A stretch of DNA of 63,694 bases, from contig JANRLW010000073.1 of NCBI GenBank assembly GCA_033762295.1, positions 1 through 63,694 on the forward strand, read 5' to 3'. A program made the position numbers and the translations under genes. Within the stretch, counting starts at the first letter, position 1. Each line of letters starts with the position of its first letter. Shown one piece after another: positions 9,313-19,292 of this stretch. Source of the stretch: Capsulimonadales bacterium (lineage in GTDB: Bacteria; Armatimonadota; Armatimonadia; Armatimonadales; Armatimonadaceae). Below the pieces are notes generated by a model. That model was not told where the DNA came from. It searched no databases and saw only the letters and a list, made by a program, of their open reading frames with translations.

Positions 9313-10274
9313 GAACGTTGCAGGCGCACCCGCGCGATACGGAGGCGGCGATCGAACGGGCCAGGGCGCTGGGCTGTTCCGCTATCGCCTGGACCCTGGA
9401 CGATGGAGCGGACCGGGCCGCCGAAACGGCCCGCCGCGCCGGACTGGAAACCTGCGGCTGGTATCAGGCCGCCCGCGACCCGGTGGCGGCACGGACGAAC
9501 CCGCACTGGATGCACGCTCCTCAGCACCATGAGTGGCTCCGACGATTCCCCGAATACTCCGGCGGGCATCCGGCGCTGGTCGCACCCTATATCGGGCTGA
9601 ACACCCGCGCCGCCGCAGAACATGCGCGGTCTCAGGCGTACCGGCGTATCGCGGACGCGGTCTGGGCGAAACGCCTCTTTCTCGGGGATATCCAGGGACC
9701 GCCGATGGGCTGCGGCTGCGGCAACCCCTGCTGTCGGTCATGGGATAACGCTCCCGGACCGAAACTCGCCTCCACTCCGTATGATCGGCCCGTGCTGCTC
9801 TTTCCGGTCGAATTCGTCGCCGCGCTCAAAGCGGCACTGCCGGACCGGGACCTGGTGCCCGTCCTCTGTCCGGAGTGCGAACGCGGCGTCCGGATCGACG
9901 GCATAGACGATCCGGACGGTCCGGAGGGCACCGATCTCTGTCAGGGGGTTCCCTGTGTCTCTCCCTGCGCGACCCTGTACTGGCCGTCGCTATTGACCGC
10001 TTTTCGCGGTATGGGCGGGGAGGTCGGGTTGCTGTTGCTGACGCGCGCCCTGGGCAAGGAGCATCCGGTGTTCGGCGGCCCACGGGCCTGGGCGGAGCGC
10101 GCGCATCGGCACTACGGCGTCGATCTTCTGCCCGCCGTCGAACCGGAGGATGCCGCCCGGTTCGATCGGGTTTTGATTTTGACCGACGCTCCGCAGGACG
10201 TCCATCCCGTGGAACCGCCTGCGGACTACGTTCCCGACGTCCCGGCTATTCGTTGCGGTTACTGTCCGCCGTAA
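9309..10274 (+). CDS. Cys-rich hypothetical protein, possibly a TIM-barrel/GHL-like fold
   Basis: ATGA-coupled to the upstream gene; CGCGNPCC, CPEC, CQGVPCVSPC and terminal CGYC clusters. Confidence 0.7.
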   Translation: MRTLQAHPRDTEAAIERARALGCSAIAWTLDDGADRAAETARRAGLETCGWYQAARDPVAARTNPHWMHAPQHHEWLRRFPEYSGGHPALVAPYIGLNTRAAAEHARSQAYRRIADAVWAKRLFLGDIQGPPMGCGCGNPCCRSWDNAPGPKLASTPYDRPVLLFPVEFVAALKAALPDRDLVPVLCPECERGVRIDGIDDPDGPEGTDLCQGVPCVSPCATLYWPSLLTAFRGMGGEVGLLLLTRALGKEHPVFGGPRAWAERAHRHYGVDLLPAVEPEDAARFDRVLILTDAPQDVHPVEPPADYVPDVPAIRCGYCPP

Positions 10275-10692
10275 GCCGGGCGGCGGTGTTCTCGGTCGAG
10301 TCCTCGTCCCAGAAAAGGACATGTTCGACGATCTGTCGGATGGTCGTCACGCCCGGTTCCGGTTCCCGGTCGAGCAGTTCGTCGGGCAGGTCCAGGAGGA
10401 GGGCGATCAGGGTCGCCCGTTCCCGGTACCACTCCGCCAGATAGCGTTCGCGCGGCGTCCTCTGCAGTGCGCCCAGGCTGTACCGTCGGTCGGAGATCTG
10501 CCCGTAGTGCATCCGTTCATGTTCGGCGTTATGCGCGATGAGATCGGCGAGATGACCGCTCATCGCGCACGGATGATCGGACCGCTCCTCGCCCGTGGCC
10601 GTGGTAAAAACTTCCAGTGCCCGGTTCATGCGTGTTTGAAGCCGCGCGATCAACGCCCGGACCTGCGGATTCGGTGGTGAGGATGAGGACAT
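10246..10692 (-). CDS. DinB-superfamily protein (motif order permuted)
   Basis: HNAEHERMHYGQI precedes LPDELLDREPEPGVTTIRQIVEHV; SD AAGGAG and TAGAAT upstream. Confidence 0.78.
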   Translation of the reverse strand: MSSSSPPNPQVRALIARLQTRMNRALEVFTTATGEERSDHPCAMSGHLADLIAHNAEHERMHYGQISDRRYSLGALQRTPRERYLAEWYRERATLIALLLDLPDELLDREPEPGVTTIRQIVEHVLFWDEDSTENTAARLTADSNRNE

Positions 10693-10810
10693 GGCAAACT
10701 CCTTTTCCGTATTCTACCCGCCATGCGGGGAGAAGCGCGATCGGAAAAAGGGGGTAGGAAAACCGTCGTCGTTCGATGAGGTCGGTGGGGTGTGAACGGG
10801 TGTGGAGGAA

Positions 10811-10884
10811 CGGAGATGACGGGGCTCGAACCCGCGGCCTCCGCCTTGACAGGGCGGCGCTCTAACCGACTGAGCTACACCTCC
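10811..10884 (-). tRNA. trnD: tRNA-Asp(GTC)
   Basis: GGAGGTGTAGCTCAGTCGGTTAGAGCGCCGCCCTGTCAAGGCGGAGGCCGCGGGTTCGAGCCCCGTCATCTCCG cloverleaf. Confidence 0.97.
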
Positions 10885-10937
10885 ACACGCACCGCTCCGT
10901 CGCCTCTTGGGAGGACATCGGCGCGACTACAGGAGGG

Positions 10938-10966
10938 ATTGTATCCCCGATTTTCGCATCTGTCAA
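10938..10966 (-). promoter_or_regulatory. tRNA-Asp promoter
   Basis: TTGACA-17 nt-TACAAT. Confidence 0.75.
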
Positions 10967-11097
10967 AACCGAAAGGGCATTTTCCGGCCGGAATCCGTTT
11001 TTTGTTGGAATACCCGTCAGGGCGATCGAGTTCGACGGTTCGCTGCGAGAGGAGGCGGATGGTTCTTGTCGCCAACCGGCAAATTTCGGAGTGGGAA

Positions 11098-11169
11098 TGG
11101 GCGGTGAGGGATTCGAACCCCCGACCATCTGTTTGTAAGACAGACGCTCTACCACTGAGCTAACCGCCC
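11098..11169 (-). tRNA. trnV: tRNA-Val(TAC)
   Basis: GGGCGGTTAGCTCAGTGGTAGAGCGTCTGTCTTACAAACAGATGGTCGGGGGTTCGAATCCCTCACCGCCCA cloverleaf. Confidence 0.96.
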
Positions 11170-11212
11170 GAATCAGGTCCTGCGGAGAGGGGGTGTATCG
11201 GGAACGGTGAAA

Positions 11213-11288
11213 AGTGTATCATACACAGGCATTCCTGTCAAGGCAACGCCCCCTTCGCCTTGACAGTCCATGCACCCCGCCGTACACT
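11213..11288. promoter_or_regulatory. divergent back-to-back sigma70 promoters (tRNA-Val and epimerase)
   Basis: TTGACA-17-TACACT on the minus strand (11241 to 11213) and on the plus strand (11260-11288). Confidence 0.78.
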
Positions 11289-11348
11289 GCAAAGACGACA
11301 GGCTTGCGTTCTCCCGCCCTGAGAACGACCGCGAAAGGACCCCCGCCC

Positions 11349-12206
11349 ATGCGGCTTTGCGTTATCACCGATGAAATCTCTCAAAACCTCGGTCATGCCC
11401 TGAACGTCATGGCCGAATACGGATGCAAGGACGCCGAACTGCGCAATGTCTACGGTTCCTATATCGTCGATGCCGACGAAAACCTGATCGCCAGGGTGGA
11501 ACAGGACCTCAAAAACGCGCAGATGACCGTTCCCTGCATCGATACGCCGTTCTTCAAGTGCGATCTCCCCGGAACCACCCCCGGACAGGGCGCGGGCGGA
11601 CCCACCCACAACGCCCGGCAGCGCACACCCGACGAACAGATGCACCTGCTCCTTCGCGCCATCGATCTCTGCAAACGGTTCGAATCCCCCTATATCCGCA
11701 TCTTCTCCTTCTGGAAACGTGGCCCGCTGACCCCCGATATCGAGGAGCGAATCGCTGATCAGCTGGTTCGCCCCTGCGAAATCGCCGAACGCGCCGGTAT
11801 CACACTGCTGCTCGAAAATGAACATTCCTGCTATCTGGGAACCGGCAAAGAGACCGCGCGAGTAATTGAAAAGGTGGGTTCCCCCGCCCTGAAGATGATC
11901 TGGGACCCCGGCAACGCCTACGTCGCCGGTGAACGCCCCTTCCCTTCCGGGTATGATTCCGCCAAGCCCCACCTGGCGCACCTGCATATCAAGGATGCCC
12001 GCGCCACCGACGAAGGCAAGATCGAATGGACCGTCGTCGGCGAGGGGGAGATCGATTACGCGGGTCAGTTCGCCGCCCTCCGGGCGGACGGATTCTCCGG
12101 CGCCGTATCGCTGGAGACGCACTACAAAGGACCGAACAACAACGCCGAAGAGGCCTCCCGCCTCTGTCTGGCCGGTATGAGGCGGCTGATCGAAGCCGCC
12201 GGGTGA
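11349..12206 (+). CDS. sugar phosphate isomerase/epimerase (AP endonuclease 2 TIM barrel)
   Basis: ITDEIS, LLLENEH, IWDPGN, HLHIKD and VSLETH motifs. Confidence 0.9.
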   Translation: MRLCVITDEISQNLGHALNVMAEYGCKDAELRNVYGSYIVDADENLIARVEQDLKNAQMTVPCIDTPFFKCDLPGTTPGQGAGGPTHNARQRTPDEQMHLLLRAIDLCKRFESPYIRIFSFWKRGPLTPDIEERIADQLVRPCEIAERAGITLLLENEHSCYLGTGKETARVIEKVGSPALKMIWDPGNAYVAGERPFPSGYDSAKPHLAHLHIKDARATDEGKIEWTVVGEGEIDYAGQFAALRADGFSGAVSLETHYKGPNNNAEEASRLCLAGMRRLIEAAG

Positions 12207-12230
12207 TTCTCCCAGGAACGTTATCTACCT

Positions 12231-13925
12231 ATGTCGCTTATGGCTATGAACCGTGCCTTCAAGAAGCACGGACCGATTTGGGGCGGAATTCTCGCCTTCG
12301 TCATGATTATCGGAGTGGTCCTGACCGGTTTCGGGGCCAATGTCGCCGGTGGAGGGCCGGACCCGACGACCGGAGCCGCCGCCGGGAAAACCGTGGCGAC
12401 CGTCGGTGAGGCGAAAGTCACCGCCGAGGAACTCGAACGACGCCTGGAAGCGGCTCTTCGACAGCAGTCCTCCTTCGGCGCGCCGCCCAACCTCTCCGCC
12501 GCCGATAAGGCCAACTTCCGGTTCATGATTCTCAACGGCATCAAGCAGGAGCAAGCCATGGTCGCCGCCGCCAAAAAGGCCGGCGTTACCGTCACCGATG
12601 CCGATATCGCCGCGCAGCGTCGGCAGGTCTGGGAACAGAACCGCACCGGCTTCCTCACCACCCTCGGCCTCCCCGAGAAGGCGACCGACCGGCAGATCGA
12701 ACAGGAACTGGCCAAACAACAGGTCGCGCCGTCGCTCGACGCGTTCCTGAAAGTCCGCCTTCCGGACGATGCCCTCCGCATGAAGGCCTACAACGACGGA
12801 CTTCAGGCGGCCCTGAAAAAGCAGGCGGGAACGACCGAAGCCGAAGTGCGCCGCTCCTATAACGATATCCGGGTCCGGCATATCCTGATCAAAACCGGAG
12901 AGGGCGGTCTGCCCGAAGGCGCGGCAAAGGCCAAGGCGGAAAAACTGCTCGCCGACATCAATGCCAATCCGTCCCGCTTCGCCGAACTGGCGGATCGGAA
13001 TTCCGATGACCCCGGTAACAAAGACCCGAAGACCAACCGGAAAAACGGCGGACTTTACGATTGGGCGCCGGCATCCCAGTACGTTCCCGAGTTTACCGGA
13101 GCCGCCCTGAAAGCCGGAGTGGGCAAGGTCTATCCCGAACCGGTCAAGACCACCTACGGTTTCCATATCATCAAGCTGGAAGGCGAACGGCCCGGCAAAT
13201 CCCTCCCGGCCGACTTCGATAAGGAAAAACAGAAGTATATTGATCAGTTCGCCGAACGGCAGGTCCTGCAGAAGATGCAGGCCGCCATCGATGCCGAAAT
13301 GCCGTCGGTCGCGATCGTGGTGACCGATCCGCTTCTGCGCGCCGCCCAGCTGCAGGAGGAAGCCCGGAAACTGACCGGCGACGAAAAGGCGCGGAACGCC
13401 AAATACGAGGAAGCCCTCACCGAACTGGCGAAGGTGAACAAGGACGAAGACCCGAACGGCGCGATTCCGCAGATGAAGACCGCCATCTACTCGGCGATGA
13501 AGAAGAACAAGGAAGCGATCGTCGCCGCCAACGAGGCACTGAACTACGGCAACACCGTCGAAGCGCGTATCGCCCTCGCTCAGCTTTACCTGGACGAGAA
13601 GGACAACAAGAACGCCCTCGCCCAGCTGGCGGAAGCCGAAAAACTGGCCGTTCCCTCGTTCCAGATGCAGGGACAGATCGGCGAACTCTATGCGAAGGCG
13701 GGAGATAAGGCAAAGGCCGCCGCCGCACAGAAAAAGGCGCAGGAGATGCTCATGCGGATGATTCAACTCCAGCAGAAGCAACAGGAAGCCGCCAAAGCCG
13801 CCGCGCCGCCCCCGACCGCTCCGACCGGTTCGACCGCGCCGACAACGGCGAGCCCCGCTCCGACAACGGCGAGCCCCGCGCCGGCCAGTCCGGCAGCGGC
13901 CAGCCCCGACCCCAAGGCCCCCTGA
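12231..13925 (+). CDS. membrane-anchored peptidylprolyl isomerase (SurA/PrsA/PpiD-like) with TPR-like C-terminus
   Basis: N-terminal TM; SurA_N-like region; parvulin motifs VRHILIK, FAELADRNSDD, GGLYDW, PVKTTYGFHIIK; start may be 12240. Confidence 0.87.
   Translation: MSLMAMNRAFKKHGPIWGGILAFVMIIGVVLTGFGANVAGGGPDPTTGAAAGKTVATVGEAKVTAEELERRLEAALRQQSSFGAPPNLSAADKANFRFMILNGIKQEQAMVAAAKKAGVTVTDADIAAQRRQVWEQNRTGFLTTLGLPEKATDRQIEQELAKQQVAPSLDAFLKVRLPDDALRMKAYNDGLQAALKKQAGTTEAEVRRSYNDIRVRHILIKTGEGGLPEGAAKAKAEKLLADINANPSRFAELADRNSDDPGNKDPKTNRKNGGLYDWAPASQYVPEFTGAALKAGVGKVYPEPVKTTYGFHIIKLEGERPGKSLPADFDKEKQKYIDQFAERQVLQKMQAAIDAEMPSVAIVVTDPLLRAAQLQEEARKLTGDEKARNAKYEEALTELAKVNKDEDPNGAIPQMKTAIYSAMKKNKEAIVAANEALNYGNTVEARIALAQLYLDEKDNKNALAQLAEAEKLAVPSFQMQGQIGELYAKAGDKAKAAAAQKKAQEMLMRMIQLQQKQQEAAKAAAPPPTAPTGSTAPTTASPAPTTASPAPASPAAASPDPKAP
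13839..13880 (+). repeat. 21-bp tandem repeat x2 (PTTASPA) in the low-complexity tail
   Basis: ccgacaacggcgagccccgc(t/g) occurs twice. Confidence 0.8.
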
Positions 13926-13944
13926 TCCGGGTCCGATCGCTCCG

Positions 13945-13981
13945 AAAGGACCGCTTCCCCGGTTTGGGAAGCGGTCCTTTT

Positions 13982-13982
<1 letters not shown>
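13945..13982. terminator. intrinsic terminator, probably bidirectional
   Basis: AAAGGACCGCTTCCC / GGGAAGCGGTCCTTT stem with a T-run, between convergent genes. Confidence 0.85.
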
Positions 13983-16045
<2,063 letters not shown>

Positions 16046-16172
16046 GGCGGAAGTATACCCGATTCCTTTAGTGTTATTTCGACACTTATTATATCGCGTT
16101 TTTCATCACGATTCCGTGGAAGGAGCAGGAGGTTTACCGGGAAGCGGACACCCTTCGTAGAAGGCCCTTCCC

Positions 16173-16883
16173 CTATCGCTTCGTCGTCAATGCCGCGAGC
16201 ATCTTCGCCCGATCGCTATGCCCGGACGCTTTCGCCCTGTCCCAGGCGGACTGACCGTTCGGATTCCGATGTTTCGGATCGGCCCCGTACTCGATCAGAA
16301 CCGCCAGTGTTTTCTTCGTGGCCGCAGGTTCGTCGTTTGGATAATCGGTGTTCGCCCAGGCCATGAGCGGCGTTTTGTGATCGAAATTGTCGGTGGCGTT
16401 GGGATTCGCGCCGGCCCGCAACAGAACGCGGCAAACCTCGGCTCGATGGTATGCCGACGCATTCGTTAGCCCGGCGGTGACCGCATCGCGAATCTCCGCA
16501 GGGGTATGCCCCCACCGGGGCACCGCATGCAGGAGGAGACGAGCGGATTCCGGGTCGCCGACACGATCCAGGGCATCCAGCGGATCGCTATCGCCATAGC
16601 GGAGGAACAGACGCACCAGAGTCGGATCGCCGGCCTGAGCGGCCCAGACCAGAGGAGCATGTCCGATCACGCAGAGGTCTTTCGGCGGGACGCCCTCGGC
16701 AAGAATACGTGCCACCCTGGCACGGTCTCGCTGAAGAATCGCTTCCCGGATCGGCATCCCGGCGTAGAGCCTGTGTAGGTGGTTCAGGGTGGAGTGGATC
16801 AGGGAGGCGACCGTGCCGAGAAGAAGGCCGACGAGCAACGGTATTCCCCACATTTTCAGGATCGGGCGGAAGTGGACAGGCAT
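16173..16883 (-). CDS. ankyrin-repeat protein with N-terminal TM/signal
   Basis: APLVWAAQAG, VLLRAGANPN, KTPLMAWA, LIEYGADP...GQSAWDRA repeats; start uncertain. Confidence 0.8.
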   Translation of the reverse strand: MPVHFRPILKMWGIPLLVGLLLGTVASLIHSTLNHLHRLYAGMPIREAILQRDRARVARILAEGVPPKDLCVIGHAPLVWAAQAGDPTLVRLFLRYGDSDPLDALDRVGDPESARLLLHAVPRWGHTPAEIRDAVTAGLTNASAYHRAEVCRVLLRAGANPNATDNFDHKTPLMAWANTDYPNDEPAATKKTLAVLIEYGADPKHRNPNGQSAWDRAKASGHSDRAKMLAALTTKR

Positions 16884-16887
16884 ATTG

Positions 16888-16926
16888 AAAAAACGAACGC
16901 CGGAGGCGATAGGTTTCGCCTCCGGC
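16888..16926 (-). terminator. intrinsic terminator after the sigma factor gene
   Basis: GCCGGAGGCGA / TCGCCTCCGGC stem followed by GTTCGTTTTTT on the minus strand. Confidence 0.72.
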
Positions 16927-16947
16927 TTCTTCGTTGCCCTTTATTTT

Positions 16948-17964
16948 TTACGAGACGACGGTTTCGCGCAGGCGTCCGCCGACCTCGCCGCGCCGCAGTT
17001 TCTGCAGTGCGCCGGCCTCGATCTGGCGCGCACGCTCGCGGGACAGGTGCAGTTCCTTCCCGACCTGTTCCAGCGTCATCGGGCCTTCGCGATCCTCGGA
17101 CAGGCCGTAGCGGAGCATCAGCACCTCGCGTTCGCGCGGCGTCAGATGGCGCAGGGCGCGGGTGATCTCATCGCGCAACGCGCGTCGGAAGACGCGGGAC
17201 GACGGCGCGGTGGCGTCCTCGGCCGGGAGCAGGTCTCCCAGTCGGGTCGTGGACTCTCCCGCCGGGGCGTCCAGGCTCATCGGTTCCGGGGTTTCCGCCT
17301 CCAGCAGCGTTTCGACCTTATCGAGCGGCATATTGATCTCGCGAGCGATTTCGCCGGCGGTCGGTACCCGATTCAGTCGGGTGGCCAGCATTTCGCGGGT
17401 TCGCTTGATCTTGCCCAGCGACTCGATCGCGTGCGACGGGAGTCGGATCGTCCGTCCCTGGTTCTCGACCGCGCGTCCGAGCGCCTGTCGGATCCAGTGC
17501 GTGGCGTACGTCGAGAAGCGAAACCCTCGTTTGTAATCGTACTTATCCACGGCATGGATCAGGCCCAGCGTCCCCTCCTGAATCAGATCCTCCATGGCGA
17601 TGCCACGGTTCTGGTACTTTTTGGCGATGCTGGTGACCAGGCGCAGATTGGCGTTCACCAGGATTTCCCGGGCGCGTTTATCGCCCCGTTCCACCTGTTT
17701 GGCCAGTTTCCGCTCCTCGGACTGGGTCAGCAGCGGCAGAGAACCGCTGCCGCCGCCACGGTCCGACAGATAGGCGGCAAACTCGGACAGGTCATCGGTC
17801 TGCTCCGTGCCCTCCGTCGAGAACCCGGGCGCGGTATGGAGATCGGGCGGTATGTTATCGTCCGCATCCGGCAGCAGAGAGGACAGCACCTTACCCGTCA
17901 GTTCCTCGCCGGACGCCTCCCGAATATCGATTTGTAGTTCCTGCTTTTTCATCTTCGCTTTCAC
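16948..17964 (-). CDS. sigma-70 family RNA polymerase sigma factor (RpoD/RpoS-like, lacking region 1.1)
   Basis: ANLRLVTSIAKKY, DLIQEG, KRGFRFSTYATHWIRQA, RTIRLP, TLEQVG...SRERARQIEAGALQKLR; GTG 17964 or ATG 17952. Confidence 0.93.
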   Translation of the reverse strand: MKAKMKKQELQIDIREASGEELTGKVLSSLLPDADDNIPPDLHTAPGFSTEGTEQTDDLSEFAAYLSDRGGGSGSLPLLTQSEERKLAKQVERGDKRAREILVNANLRLVTSIAKKYQNRGIAMEDLIQEGTLGLIHAVDKYDYKRGFRFSTYATHWIRQALGRAVENQGRTIRLPSHAIESLGKIKRTREMLATRLNRVPTAGEIAREINMPLDKVETLLEAETPEPMSLDAPAGESTTRLGDLLPAEDATAPSSRVFRRALRDEITRALRHLTPREREVLMLRYGLSEDREGPMTLEQVGKELHLSRERARQIEAGALQKLRRGEVGGRLRETVVS

Positions 17965-17984
17965 TCAGCGGTTAGGTTCGCCAA
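17961..17984 (-). CDS. putative 7-aa uORF (MANLTAE) coupled to the sigma factor start
   Basis: SD AGGAG 7 nt before TTG; its TGA overlaps the sigma GTG. Confidence 0.4.
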   Translation of the reverse strand: MANLTAE

Positions 17985-18630
17985 GCGCCCACTCCTCTCC
18001 TTATCTGCCTGCACCCTTACGTTGCGCACGGTCCGTGCCGGGCGACACCCGGCTTTCGAACCGTACGACCGTCGTCCGACACGGCTCAATGAAAGGACCG
18101 GTCCACCCCAAAATAAGTCCGGTATGAATTCCGCTATTTATGAGTCCGGTGGCGATTATTTGTGGCGTCGGATTTTTCACGATATACTGCAAGACGCAGA
18201 CCTTTTTCCCCAGGTCCCGGGGTCGCCGAGAAATTTCGTTACTATTAACAGTGATGCCAGGAAGTTAAGGAACGCGTTCGGAAGGGCGTGACGCACCCTG
18301 CGCCGTCGTATTTCGAACGTGCTTATTAAGAACGTAAAATTTACCTCGCGGGTTCCCTATCGTTTGAGAACTTTTTTTGGTAAAGCCTCGCTCGCCCTTT
18401 CCGCTCGTTTCCGTCTTCCATTTATACGCATTCTCACCGGTTCCCGTTACCCGATTTTTTGCGCCCCCTCCTCGAAACGGCGTTCCTTTCAGTATTCCAT
18501 GTTCTCTCCCTTTTCCAAACACGCATTGCCTGCTTTTCACAGACTTTCCCTTTGTTGACGCCAATTGACAAACGAATGTTCCCCGCTCCGTTCGCCTGAT
18601 CCCCCTATCGAATCTTTGGCGACGAACCTA

Positions 18631-18639
18631 TGTTATAAT
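18631..18639 (+). promoter_or_regulatory. extended -10 promoter for the GtrA gene
   Basis: TGTTATAAT, followed by SD AGGAGG and ATG at 18673. Confidence 0.65.
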
Positions 18640-18672
18640 GAGGCGGCGACAGTCGTCAGGAGGCGGTTCGGG

Positions 18673-19152
18673 ATGATCCAGGCACGTTCCGGGGTAAAGC
18701 AACTGATCAAATTTTGCATCGTGGGCGCCTCCTCCTCGGTGATTGACTTCGGCTTGCTGAATCTCCTTCACTTCGCCGCTCGCCTTCCGGTCGCCGTCGC
18801 GGCGACCATTTCCTTCCTGCTGGCGGTGTGCAACGGTTTTTACTGGAATCGTCGCTGGACGTTTCGCGCCAGCGACGGCGACCCGCTCAAGCAATATCCC
18901 AAGTTCGTCGCCACCAACGTCATAGGGTGGCTGTTGAACCTGACCATTATGAGTCTTGCTCTGGTGGTCGCCGGAGCCATGGGATGGCTGCACGAAATTC
19001 GGACGCCCGCCGAGACCATCCGGCTAATCGTTCAGGGAGAGGGCAAGAACGCCTTCGGACCGCTCGCCCTGAATACGGCCAAGGTCGTGGCGACCGTCAT
19101 GGTCACCGCCTGGAACTTTTCGGCGGCCAAACTCTGGACCTTCAAACGCTAA
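18673..19152 (+). CDS. GtrA family membrane protein
   Basis: QLIKFCIVGASSSVIDF, NGFYWNRRWTF, AKVVAT...WNFSAAKLWTF. Confidence 0.9.
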   Translation: MIQARSGVKQLIKFCIVGASSSVIDFGLLNLLHFAARLPVAVAATISFLLAVCNGFYWNRRWTFRASDGDPLKQYPKFVATNVIGWLLNLTIMSLALVVAGAMGWLHEIRTPAETIRLIVQGEGKNAFGPLALNTAKVVATVMVTAWNFSAAKLWTFKR

Positions 19153-19292
19153 CGGTTGAACCGCCCGGTCCGGTAGAGACCTGCCCCTGACATCAGGCGG
19201 ACTCGTCTCCCGGACGACCGAACGCACGCGCCTGTCGACTTTCGAACAAGCCGCGTGCCCTGGGCGGAAAGAAAGGTGTTTTATCATCGTTT

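Noticed and set aside
18100..18620. Replication origin or small ORFs in the AT-rich intergenic region
   Set aside because: No TTATCCACA-type DnaA box cluster seen; the ORFs lack SD and coding-like composition; likely divergent promoter DNA
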